Source of the DNA: Chlamydiota bacterium
GTDB lineage: Bacteria > Chlamydiota > Chlamydiia > Chlamydiales > JAAKFR01
Direction of reading: 5' to 3'
Length of the DNA stretch: 64,000 bases
Assembly: GCA_021772465.1 (NCBI GenBank)
Contig: JAJFLX010000003.1
Coordinates: 190,684 to 254,683, forward strand
Below the pieces are notes generated by a model. The model ran no database searches and had not been told where the DNA came from. It saw only the letters and a program-made list of their open reading frames with translations. Position 1 is the first letter of the stretch; every line of letters starts with the position of its first letter. This document shows positions 27,650 to 36,393 of this stretch, in pieces. Made by a program: the position numbers and the translations under genes.

Positions 27650-29509
27650 ATGGGAGAGTTATTAAATCGAGTCCGAATGTTGAGGAAATACTCAGATGCC
27701 TGGGTGGCCATCGGCGTGTTGGGACTCTTTATCTTACTGATTGTACCTCTTCCTCCTCTTTTTTTAGATGTGCTCATTTGCTTGAGTCTTGTGATGTCGG
27801 TTATGACGCTACTTTTGGCACTCTACGTCGAGGATGCCCTCGATTTTAGCGCTTTTCCCTCGCTTTTACTTTTTTTAACGCTCTATCGTTTAGGTCTCAA
27901 CATCGCTTCAACTCGCATGATTCTCACCCGCGCAGAGGGGGGAGATATTATCCATACTTTTGGTGAAATTGTCACAGGAGGCAACTGGCTTGTAGGAGTC
28001 ATTCTTTTTGGACTGCTCACGCTGATCAATTTCATCGTCGTGACTAAGGGGGCGGGGAGAATTGCTGAAGTGGCGGCTCGTTTTATGCTTGAAGCGCTTC
28101 CCGGCAAGCAATTGGCTATAGACAGTGAGCTTGCCTCGGGAGCTCTATCTAGTGATCAGGCCCGTCTAGCTCGCCAGCAGGTCTCTGAGGAAGCAAATTT
28201 TTACGGAGCAATGGATGGATCTTCGAAGTTTGTGCGAGGAGATGCGATTGCTGGAATTATCATCACGCTGGTGAATATCGTGGGGGGAATCTTGGTGGGG
28301 ATTGCCGTGAAACAGCTAAGCTGGAGCGAGTGTCTCGGAACCATGACAAGGTTGACTGTAGGGGATGGTTTGGTTTCTCAAGTTCCCGCGCTCTTTATCT
28401 CAGTAGCGGCAGGAATCATGGTGACTCGAGCGGCAAAAGGGAGCGTTGGAAAGGCTCTCACCGAGCAAGTTTTTCACCACCCACGCGTCCTTCTCATGGC
28501 AGGTGGGGTTGTAGGTGGGCTCGGTCTCGTGCCTGGAATGCCTCTGCTTGTCATGCTTCCTATAGCGGCCGCCTTTTTCGTTTGCGGGTTGCTTCAAAAC
28601 AAAGAGCAAAAAGAAAAGACGAAGGATCTTTTGCAGGGTCAGACAAGATCCTTTTTGACTCCTCCACTTGAATTGAGACTCGGTTTTCAACTCGCCGTGC
28701 AGGGACCTGCTCTTTATGCCCGTTTAGGAGAAGTACGCTCTGATATCGCCAAACAACTTGGAATCCGTATGCCCCAAGTGGAAATTTCCGATGATTCTGA
28801 GCTCTCTTCAAGGGGGTGGGAAATTTACCTCAAAGGGAACCCAGTAGCTACAGGTCGCGAGGGAGATATGGGCTCTATAGTCAATGCGCTCAAATCGGTG
28901 ATGCGGGGGCACGCTCATGAGCTGCTCACTCGCGCAGAGGTCCAATGGATGATCCAGGAAACGCAAAAAAATGATAGTGCCATTGTAGAAGAATTTAAGC
29001 AGAAACAGCTCTCTTTTGGAGATCTGCTCAAAGTGCTCAAAGGACTTTTAAAAGAAGGGGTGCCAGTCCGTGATTTTATTTCCATTCTCGAGGTGCTCGT
29101 CGATGCGGGCGAGGAGAAAGATCTCGATCTGTTGATTGAACGGGTAAGAGCTGAGCTCTCGAGAGGGATTACCGACTCCTTTTTTGGGAAGAGCCGTGTG
29201 GCGCATGTGATCACACTCGATCCAAAAGTAGAGCAAGTGATCGATGCTTCAAAAGGAAAACTGCGCCCAAGTATGGTCGATAATTTGGCGCGCTCTTTAA
29301 TTTCGCTTACTAAGGAGGCCTCTTTGCGGGGGTTGAAGCCTGTTGTAGTGACTGAGAGCAATTCTCGCGCCTCGCTCAGGCAACTAATAGAGAAAAAGCT
29401 TCCCGAGCTTCATGTTCTCTCTTATCGAGAGGTATCGGCTGAAGTAGAGATGGAAACAGTGGGCATGGTCCCAAATGATGTGCTCCTATGGAAAGAAAAA
29501 GAAATATAG
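27650..29509 (+). CDS. flhA: Flagellar-type export gate protein FlhA (paralog of CdsV)
   Basis: 619 aa with the FHIPEP blocks RMILTRAEGG, FIVVTKGAGRIAEVAARFMLEALPGKQLAIDSEL, FYGAMDGSSKFVRGDAIAG and LTVGDGLVSQVPAL. Confidence 0.9.
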   Translation: MGELLNRVRMLRKYSDAWVAIGVLGLFILLIVPLPPLFLDVLICLSLVMSVMTLLLALYVEDALDFSAFPSLLLFLTLYRLGLNIASTRMILTRAEGGDIIHTFGEIVTGGNWLVGVILFGLLTLINFIVVTKGAGRIAEVAARFMLEALPGKQLAIDSELASGALSSDQARLARQQVSEEANFYGAMDGSSKFVRGDAIAGIIITLVNIVGGILVGIAVKQLSWSECLGTMTRLTVGDGLVSQVPALFISVAAGIMVTRAAKGSVGKALTEQVFHHPRVLLMAGGVVGGLGLVPGMPLLVMLPIAAAFFVCGLLQNKEQKEKTKDLLQGQTRSFLTPPLELRLGFQLAVQGPALYARLGEVRSDIAKQLGIRMPQVEISDDSELSSRGWEIYLKGNPVATGREGDMGSIVNALKSVMRGHAHELLTRAEVQWMIQETQKNDSAIVEEFKQKQLSFGDLLKVLKGLLKEGVPVRDFISILEVLVDAGEEKDLDLLIERVRAELSRGITDSFFGKSRVAHVITLDPKVEQVIDASKGKLRPSMVDNLARSLISLTKEASLRGLKPVVVTESNSRASLRQLIEKKLPELHVLSYREVSAEVEMETVGMVPNDVLLWKEKEI

Positions 29510-30306
29510 AGGCGTTAAAAAAGCTCCTCAAAGAGAAAAAAGAGACGATGAATGCCTATGCAGGGCTTTCGCGCTTTCTCATGTCAAAGGGTATTTCGCG
29601 CGCTCTTGCTGAGGAGATTCTTGTAGAAGTAGCCCTTCCACCAACTCATGAACCCCTCTGCCATCTTACAGCTTTGAAAGAGGCTCTTGCAAAGAAAATG
29701 TCTGCTGCAGGTGAGCTCAATTTCCCTAAAAAATTAGCTCTTGTGGGCCCCACAGGGGTAGGAAAAACGACAATGGTTGTGAAGCTTGCTGCTCATTACC
29801 AGAAACAAGGGAAAAAGATAGGTCTTTTTTCACTAGATGAAGAGAAAAAAGAACAACTTCGATTTTTTGCAAAGAGATGGGACATTCAACTCTATGATCA
29901 GGTTGAAGAGGCGGACACCGATTTACTGCTCATCGATACTCCTGGACGGAATGTTTATCAGCCCATGTGCGTCGATGAACTAGGGGTGGAGCTCGCCCAG
30001 TGGCCAGATATCGAAGTGCTATTAACTCTGAGCGCTTCGACAAAAGATGTCGATCTATACGGAGCTATCCATCAATTTTCTGTCCTCTCACCGAGCTCAA
30101 TTGCCTTTACTAAGCTAGATGAAACGCTTGCCAATGGCGTTCTTGTTAATGTAGCTAATAAAGCTCCAATACCTTTACGTTTTGTGGCTTACGGATACCC
30201 GCTGCCTGGAGAGATCCACTTGGCAAACCCAGTTGAGATCACCCACAAGATTCTTACAGATATGAATAGTGAGGAGTTCAATTACCTACGTCAATTGACC
30301 TTGTAG
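29488..30306 (+). CDS. FlhF-like SRP-type (SIMIBI) GTPase
   Basis: G1 [12 protein letters not shown]3 LIDTPGR and G4 FTKLDET (the FlhF-type TKLDET rather than the Ffh/FtsY TKLDG). It sits between flhA and fliA. Confidence 0.7.
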   Translation: MERKRNIEALKKLLKEKKETMNAYAGLSRFLMSKGISRALAEEILVEVALPPTHEPLCHLTALKEALAKKMSAAGELNFPKKLALVGPTGVGKTTMVVKLAAHYQKQGKKIGLFSLDEEKKEQLRFFAKRWDIQLYDQVEEADTDLLLIDTPGRNVYQPMCVDELGVELAQWPDIEVLLTLSASTKDVDLYGAIHQFSVLSPSSIAFTKLDETLANGVLVNVANKAPIPLRFVAYGYPLPGEIHLANPVEITHKILTDMNSEEFNYLRQLTL

Positions 30307-30336
30307 TATTAAATAATATTTTTTAAAATAAGTGTA

Positions 30337-31122
30337 GTGGACACGCCCAAATTAGATGCTAAAAAACTCGATGCCATCTGGCGCGAGTACCATACGACCC
30401 GAGAGATAGAGCTGCGCGACCAGCTGATTGTCCAGTACCTTTACTTGGTCAAGTATGTGGTGGGACGGGTAAGCACGGGTTTTCCGGGTCATGTGAAACT
30501 CGATGATCTCTATTCGTCGGGGGTGACGGGGTTAATTCGCGCAATTGAGCGTTTTGATATCACTAAGAAGAGCAAGTTTATCGGGTATGCAACTCTTGTG
30601 ATCAAGGGGGCGATTATCGATGAGCTGAGGCAGCTCGATTGGGTTCCGAGAAGTGTTCACCAAAAGAGTAACCAAGTCACTTCAGCTATGCACTCTTTGC
30701 AACAGCGTCTCGGTCGGGAGCCGACTGATCGCGAGCTCTCTTCGCACTTAGGTATCGGTGAGGAGGAGTTAGGGGAGTTACTTGAGCGGATACGGCCTGC
30801 TATTTTGATCTCTCTCAATGCGGAGATGTCTCCCCAAAATGAGGAGAGTGGTTCTCTTTCTGAGCGAATAGCTGATGTGAGTGCGACCACGAGTTTAGAG
30901 GTTGCCGATCGTCGAGAGTGCGCACAAATTTTATCTGATGCCATCGAAGCTCTGCCTGACCAGGAGCGCAAGGTACTCACGCTTTATTATTTTGAGGAGT
31001 TAATGCTCAAAGAGATTGGGAAAATCATGGGGGTGAGTGAATCTCGGATTTCTCAAATTCACACCAAAGCGCTTCTGAAGTTGCGACGAAGCCTCTCTCC
31101 TGCTGCCAAGGAGTTTGTCTGA
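30337..31122 (+). CDS. fliA: RNA polymerase sigma-28 factor (FliA/WhiG family)
   Basis: Region 2 (LVKYVVGRV, DDLYSSGVTGLIRAIERFD), region 3, and the region 4 HTH (LKEIGKIMGVSESRISQIHTKALLKLR). Confidence 0.9.
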   Translation: MDTPKLDAKKLDAIWREYHTTREIELRDQLIVQYLYLVKYVVGRVSTGFPGHVKLDDLYSSGVTGLIRAIERFDITKKSKFIGYATLVIKGAIIDELRQLDWVPRSVHQKSNQVTSAMHSLQQRLGREPTDRELSSHLGIGEEELGELLERIRPAILISLNAEMSPQNEESGSLSERIADVSATTSLEVADRRECAQILSDAIEALPDQERKVLTLYYFEELMLKEIGKIMGVSESRISQIHTKALLKLRRSLSPAAKEFV

Positions 31123-31750
31123 GGTTTGAAGATTTTTCAAAGCCAAGCGCCCTCCCAATATTAGGATCTGCCCCTCCTTCTACAAGAGCTCTGACACTCT
31201 CTGCATGTCCCCCAGCAGCTGCCCACATAAGAGCAGTAAAGCCAAACGCCCTCCCAATATTAGGATCTGTCCCTACATCCAAAAGGATCCTGACAACCTC
31301 TGTATGTCCATTTAGAGCTGCCCTCATAAGAGCATTAAAGCCATTCTTATTCACAGCATTGAGATCTGCCCCTCCCTCTACGAGAGCTCTGGCACCCTCT
31401 GCATGGCCTTGTATAGCTGCTATCCTAAGAGCGGTAGTGCCATTTTCATCCACAGCATTGGGGTCTGCCCCTGCATCCAAAAGGATCTTGAAACCCAAAG
31501 CAGCGCTTAGAAACGTTCCTCCTCCCAGAGTTCCAAAGCAGATCACCTTCCCATACTTCTTCAGATTTGATAGAAGATTGGGGCTTTTAGGAAAAACGCG
31601 GTAAACTGCTAGTGTAAGCCACACTCCCCCTATCATCAAAATAGTACTCAGAGCGACTCCGATCTTATTCCTGCGTAGGGACTGATCGAGCCTCTGCTTC
31701 CTTGAAACACGCGGATGATCTGGCTGAATAGAAGAGGCAGATAAAATCAT
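31025..31750 (-). CDS. Ankyrin-repeat protein with N-terminal bilobed hydrophobic domain
   Basis: Two hydrophobic segments (aa 30-50 and 68-87) are followed by four or more ANK units (GADPNAVDENGTTALRIAAIQGHAEGARALVEGGADLNA...). The last 98 nt overlap the 3' end of fliA antisense. Confidence 0.7.
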   Translation of the reverse strand: MILSASSIQPDHPRVSRKQRLDQSLRRNKIGVALSTILMIGGVWLTLAVYRVFPKSPNLLSNLKKYGKVICFGTLGGGTFLSAALGFKILLDAGADPNAVDENGTTALRIAAIQGHAEGARALVEGGADLNAVNKNGFNALMRAALNGHTEVVRILLDVGTDPNIGRAFGFTALMWAAAGGHAESVRALVEGGADPNIGRALGFEKSSNLRQTPWQQERGFVATSEALWCEFEKSEIHSPP

Positions 31751-32159
31751 AACTCACCATTTTATTTCACATTGTTATAACATATAACATCTTTATAACA
31801 CATAGAAATAGCTGTATTAAAAAGTTCTAAAATTTCCATATGTACACGATGAAAAAATGATTTTATATTATACAAGTCACTGGTTCTGAAGGCAATCTCT
31901 TGCACAAACTTTACCTTCTCGATCCTGTCTGGATCAGTGATAGGTGTATCTTCTAGGTCTTTAAACAGCCAAACATCGTCTCTATCTCCCAGCGCCCTTT
32001 TGTAGGCCTCTAGGGAATTGACACGCTTCAGGTTCGACAACAAAATTATCTGTTTTTGTCCATCATAGATAAATATTATATATTAAATAATTGTTTGTAT
32101 TGTTTTTTTGGTTATAAACTAGTTATAATGTTGTGTTTTAATATATAAAATAGAGTATT

Positions 32160-32747
32160 GTGACTCACTTTTCAGGTTCAGTAACTTCAAGGCCCTCTAG
32201 TCCAGATGGAGCGTTCAATCCTCTAGTCGAGGAGGAGGCCGTACTCTATACAACGAATCATGTAGCTCAGAGAGCTTTGGCAGAAGATCGCGGAAGCATT
32301 AGTCTGCTTCAAGCTGCTCAGAGAAGAGACACCCAGAGAGTCAGGGAGCTTTTGGAAAAGGGAGTGGATCCAAATAGCTCAGACTCGGAAAACAAAACAG
32401 CTCTCATCTATGCGGTGTATGATCTAGGGTTGTCACTCGGGGATACCCGAAAGACACCACTCGAAGTTGTGAAAGTCCTCTTGGCCGCAGGGGCAGACCC
32501 CAACGTTATGAGCTCTGATGGTTCTACTGCTCTTATAGAATCAGTTGAAAAGGGAGATTTAGCGGTTGTTAAAGCCCTCTTGGAGAGAGGAGCAGACCCA
32601 CATGCAGTGAATGCAGAGGCTATAGCCCTAGCTAAGGCCTCTAAAAATAAAGATCGAGATGAAATTCTTACTTCGCTATCTGAGGCAGAAGATCAGAGGT
32701 GTGTAGCTGAGCTTTTCGCTACTCTCCTGCCTGGAGTGAGAGGCTAG
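32160..32747 (+). CDS. Ankyrin-repeat protein (soluble)
   Basis: GTG start. A disordered S/P-rich N-terminus is followed by ANK units (LLEKGVDPNSSDSENKTALIYA, LLAAGADPNVMSSDGSTALIESVEKGDLAVVKALLERGADPHA). Confidence 0.7.
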   Translation: MTHFSGSVTSRPSSPDGAFNPLVEEEAVLYTTNHVAQRALAEDRGSISLLQAAQRRDTQRVRELLEKGVDPNSSDSENKTALIYAVYDLGLSLGDTRKTPLEVVKVLLAAGADPNVMSSDGSTALIESVEKGDLAVVKALLERGADPHAVNAEAIALAKASKNKDRDEILTSLSEAEDQRCVAELFATLLPGVRG

Positions 32748-33469
32748 GGCTCGACAGTTTTAAAAACCATTTTATAATGGTGAGGTCGATCGATATAGGC
32801 GAGCAGTCCAGATTCCTCCCAGATCGTCTCTCCCCACTTCAGCACTCTAACACACTTCCCCGTCTCCGGAGCTTCGAGGTAATGACTCTCTGAGATTTTA
32901 AGAATGACATGAGTGAAGCGCTCAGAGCGTGCGAGATAGACAAGGTCACCCGGTCTTGCCGATTCAACTGAAGGGAGTGCCAGACATTGATCGTGCGCGT
33001 CGCGAGGAAGCGTGATCCCTTGCGCCCGATAAAGCAGGTGAATGAGTCCTGAGCAATCAATCCCTTGGTTTGTCAGCCCTCCCCAAAGGTAGGGAACCTC
33101 GAGAAATTGTCTCGCCTCCTCAAGCAGCTCGTTTTTGTCAAAAGAGCCGAGGGGGCGCGTGTAGCTTTGAGGTTTAGAGAGAAGGGTGCCGTACAAGTAG
33201 GGGGCGTTCGTTCGACAAACGACGTGCTCAAGAGGAGGGGAGTCGCACTCTTCGAGGTGTTTAGCTAGCACCCACCCCTCGTAGGGTTGTTTTTGAGTAT
33301 GAGGTTGGCTTAGAGCTGCGATGCGCCTCCAAGAGCCCCAACTTTCAAGCACTCGGCACGGCTCATTGTAGAGAAGCTGCGTCAATCGGTTCGCCCGGTG
33401 GCTGAGATCTTGAGGAAGCGACTCAGGGGTTTGAGTCAGATCAGTCGAGGTTGCAACGATTTGGGCCAT
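32744..33469 (-). CDS. NlpC/P60 (C40) family peptidoglycan peptidase
   Basis: VPYLWGGLTNQGIDCSGLIHLLYRAQGITLPRDAHDQ contains the catalytic Cys block. A downstream FTHVIL His block and an N-terminal SH3-like region are also present. Confidence 0.8.
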   Translation of the reverse strand: MAQIVATSTDLTQTPESLPQDLSHRANRLTQLLYNEPCRVLESWGSWRRIAALSQPHTQKQPYEGWVLAKHLEECDSPPLEHVVCRTNAPYLYGTLLSKPQSYTRPLGSFDKNELLEEARQFLEVPYLWGGLTNQGIDCSGLIHLLYRAQGITLPRDAHDQCLALPSVESARPGDLVYLARSERFTHVILKISESHYLEAPETGKCVRVLKWGETIWEESGLLAYIDRPHHYKMVFKTVEP

Positions 33470-34629
33470 GCCTCTCGTATCCTTTGAGTAGCTTGTAAGA
33501 TCGTCTCTCTTTTAGCAAAAGCGCTGAGCCGGATAAACCCTTCACCGTGCGGTCCAAAGCCCGATCCAGGGGTGGTGATGAGACCTGTTTGTTGAAGCAA
33601 CTCTTCAAAAAGATCCCAACTCTTTTTTCCCTCAGCCTCAAACCAAAGATAGGGGCAGTGCTCGCCGCCATAGACCTTTAGGTCGTGATGGGCAAGAGCC
33701 TCTTTGAGAAGTTGGGCATTTTCTAGGTAGTGGGTTGTGAGCCGAGAGATAGCTTTCAAACCCTCTTTCGAAAGAGCTGCAAGGGCTCCAGCACTCGCGA
33801 GATTAGAAGGGCCATTGAAGGTGGTGGTCACCACCCTTCTGTAGTCTTCATGCACACTCTTTTTTGTTTTGTAGCGCAAAGCTTTAGGCACGACGGTCCA
33901 GCCCAGGCGTACCCCTGTGAAGCCGACTAGTTTGGAGAAGCTCGAAACCTCGATCGCCACCTCACTGGCGCCTTCAATCTCATAGATAGAGCGTGGAAGA
34001 GAGGGATGTTGAATGAAGCCGCTGTAGGCAGCATCGTAGATGATGAGCATCTCCTCTCTATGAGCAAGATTGACAAGAGCTCGAAGCTGCTCGCGCGTTG
34101 CGACCGCTCCTGTAGGATTGTTAGGATTGCAAAAGAAAAGCAAGTCAGTAGGCGGAAGGGAGTTTGTATCAGGAAAGAAGTCATTTTCAGGGGTACAAGG
34201 GAGGAGGTGGATGTTTTTTTGACCCATAAGAAGCGCGCTGTCGTAATAGACGGGATAGGTTGGGTCTTGCACTGCAATCGAGACATCACTTCCGAAAAGA
34301 AGCTGCAGCCGGTTGATGTCACATTTCGCTCCATCTGAGATAAAAACCTCATCGGCAGCGATAGAGCCCCTATAGAGGGTAGAAACAATTTTCTCCCTTA
34401 AATCCCGCGGCCCACTCTCCGCACCGTAGCCGGCATACCCCTCGAAGGTCGCTAGCTCTGCAGCTTTTTGTTGCATGGCGCGAGAAACAATCTCTGGGAT
34501 CGGTTCAGTAGTATCTCCGATCCCTAGGTGGAGGAGGTGGGGGTGAGTCGATTCAGAGACACGTCTCATCACCTCAGGAAAGAGGTAGTTGGGGGTGAGC
34601 CTATCGAGATTGGGGTTTCTCTTAACCAA
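33436..34629 (-). CDS. dapL: LL-diaminopimelate aminotransferase
   Basis: KRNPNLDRLTPNYLFPEV, LHLGIGDTTEPIP and SFSKLVGFTGVRLGW (PLP lysine) match DapL. A TTG at 34629 overlaps the asd stop (TTGGTTAA), whereas the ORF-track Met at 34725 would overlap asd by 104 nt. Confidence 0.85.
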   Translation of the reverse strand: MVKRNPNLDRLTPNYLFPEVMRRVSESTHPHLLHLGIGDTTEPIPEIVSRAMQQKAAELATFEGYAGYGAESGPRDLREKIVSTLYRGSIAADEVFISDGAKCDINRLQLLFGSDVSIAVQDPTYPVYYDSALLMGQKNIHLLPCTPENDFFPDTNSLPPTDLLFFCNPNNPTGAVATREQLRALVNLAHREEMLIIYDAAYSGFIQHPSLPRSIYEIEGASEVAIEVSSFSKLVGFTGVRLGWTVVPKALRYKTKKSVHEDYRRVVTTTFNGPSNLASAGALAALSKEGLKAISRLTTHYLENAQLLKEALAHHDLKVYGGEHCPYLWFEAEGKKSWDLFEELLQQTGLITTPGSGFGPHGEGFIRLSAFAKRETILQATQRIREAWPKSLQPRLI

Positions 34630-35539
34630 TGTAGCCCTCCTGTTTGAGTAATTCTGCAAGAAGGATTCCCCCTCCAGCTCCTCCTCGGAGGAGGTTGTGG
34701 GAGAGGGCGACAAAACTCCAATCAAAAAAAGGAGAGGGGCGGAGTCGGCCCACAGTGATGGCCATCCCTCCCTCTCGATGGCAGTCGAGAAGAGGTTGGG
34801 GGCGATCTTCGCTCAAGTGGTAGTAGACCGCTTGGGCAGGTGCAGAGGGGAGATCTAGAGTGTTTTTTTGATCCCAGGCAGCCAAAATCTCATCACGCTC
34901 GATCCGCTTTTTGAATGAGACGTTAAGAGAGCAAAGATGCCCTTCAAGCACCGGCACGCGGTTGCACTGCGAGCCTACAAGAAGGCCCGGCGCTTCTAGG
35001 ATTTTTTGCGATTCAGAGGCGAGCTTCTCCTCTTCTCCAGCGATAAAAGGGATGACATTGGCATCGGCCCTCAGAGCATTTTGGCCCGCTCCGCTCACCG
35101 CTTGGAGCGTTGTGACTGAAATCGATTCCAGGGTGCATAAGTTGTGGAGAGGAGCCAAGGGGAGGAGAAATGTTTGAAGCGTGCAGTTGGGTTTAGCAAG
35201 TATTGCCCCCCTCCAGTTGCGATTTTTTCGTTGTTTTTCAACAAGAGCTAAGTGGGGGGAGTTGATCTCAGGGATGATCAGAGGAACGTCGGGCTCGCTC
35301 CGGTGGGCTGAGGCGTTTGAAATAACGATAACACCCGCTTTAGCGAGCTCTGGCTCTAAAGAGATCGCTTCGGCTCCGGGGAGGGCTGAGAAGACAACTT
35401 CACACGCTTTGAGCCTTTCAAACTCTCCCTTTCTTGAAGAGACCTCTTCAGAGAGCTCCAGCCACGGGTGATCGGCCAGGAGCTTGGCGTAGGTTTGTCC
35501 GATCATGCCACTGGCTCCTAAAATGCCGACTCGGATCAT
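34622..35539 (-). CDS. asd: Aspartate-semialdehyde dehydrogenase
   Basis: MIRVGILGASGMIGQ NAD motif and the active-site block KPNCTLQ. The ATG at 35539 forms an ATGA overlap with the dapA stop. Confidence 0.85.
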   Translation of the reverse strand: MIRVGILGASGMIGQTYAKLLADHPWLELSEEVSSRKGEFERLKACEVVFSALPGAEAISLEPELAKAGVIVISNASAHRSEPDVPLIIPEINSPHLALVEKQRKNRNWRGAILAKPNCTLQTFLLPLAPLHNLCTLESISVTTLQAVSGAGQNALRADANVIPFIAGEEEKLASESQKILEAPGLLVGSQCNRVPVLEGHLCSLNVSFKKRIERDEILAAWDQKNTLDLPSAPAQAVYYHLSEDRPQPLLDCHREGGMAITVGRLRPSPFFDWSFVALSHNLLRGGAGGGILLAELLKQEGYIG

Positions 35540-36393
35540 AAAAGCGACTCCATAAGGGATTGAAGCTCGCCTGCAAAAGAAGTGAGAGGGGGTCTTGGGG
35601 AGCCGGCTGCAAATCCACATTGCTCCATAGCCGCTTTGATAGGGATAGGATTTGTCTCGACGAAGCAGGCCTTGAAAAAGGGGAGAAGGCGGTGGTGGAT
35701 CTCAGCAGCGTTGCGGTAGTCTTCTTTTTTGCAAGAAGCGATGAGTTGTTGCATCTCCTTGGGGTAGAGATTGCTCGCAACAGACACCACGCCATCTCCG
35801 CCAAGGGCGAGTGTCGAGAGTGTCCACCCGTCATCTCCTGCTAGGACTGAGAAGTTGGGGTATTTTGCTTTGAAGCTGATCAGCTCGCTCAGTTGCACCA
35901 TATCGGCCGCAGCCTCTTTGATGCCGATGATCTGGGTATGTGCGAGAAGTCTCTCCACGGTTTTGGGTGCGAGATTGACTCCAGTGCGACCTGGGATGTT
36001 ATAGAGTAGAAGGGGGAGAGGCGATCGGTCCGAGAGAGATGAGAAGTGGCGGTAGAGCCCCTCTTGAGTGGGCTTGTTGTAGTAGGGGTTGACAACCATC
36101 GCAATATCTGCGCCAAGAGCCTCTGCCCAGCAGAGGGTTTCGAGAGTCGAGGTAGTCGAATTGGTGCCACACCCGACGATGAGGGGGAGCTTGGAGTGCC
36201 TTGCACGGGTCACAATACGTTCTTTTTCTTGGAGCGTGAGGGTGGGAGCCTCTCCTGTGGTGCCAAGCACGACAAGTCCATCAACGCCCCCTTTTACCTG
36301 GTGGTCGAGGTTGCGATCTAACCCCTCTTCGTCGAGTTCACCTCTCGAATCAAAGGGAGTGATCAGGGCTGTATAGAGACCGGAGCATATCAT
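35536..36393 (-). CDS. dapA: 4-hydroxy-tetrahydrodipicolinate synthase
   Basis: 285 aa with TALITPF, GLVVLGTTGEAPTL, LLYNIPGRTG and the Schiff-base Lys context IGIKEA. Confidence 0.9.
   Translation of the reverse strand: MICSGLYTALITPFDSRGELDEEGLDRNLDHQVKGGVDGLVVLGTTGEAPTLTLQEKERIVTRARHSKLPLIVGCGTNSTTSTLETLCWAEALGADIAMVVNPYYNKPTQEGLYRHFSSLSDRSPLPLLLYNIPGRTGVNLAPKTVERLLAHTQIIGIKEAAADMVQLSELISFKAKYPNFSVLAGDDGWTLSTLALGGDGVVSVASNLYPKEMQQLIASCKKEDYRNAAEIHHRLLPFFKACFVETNPIPIKAAMEQCGFAAGSPRPPLTSFAGELQSLMESLL

Noticed and set aside
31762-32043. A 93-aa minus-strand ORF in the AT-rich spacer between the two ankyrin genes
   Set aside because: It has a TTG start with no Shine-Dalgarno sequence and no recognisable motif, and it lies in an AT-rich stretch. 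It could be a gene fragment or chance ORF, and I cannot support it as a feature.
35448-35834. A 128-aa alternative-frame ORF spanning the dapA/asd junction
   Set aside because: It lies on the same strand but out of frame with two strongly supported enzymes. It has Arg/Ser/Leu-rich shadow composition.
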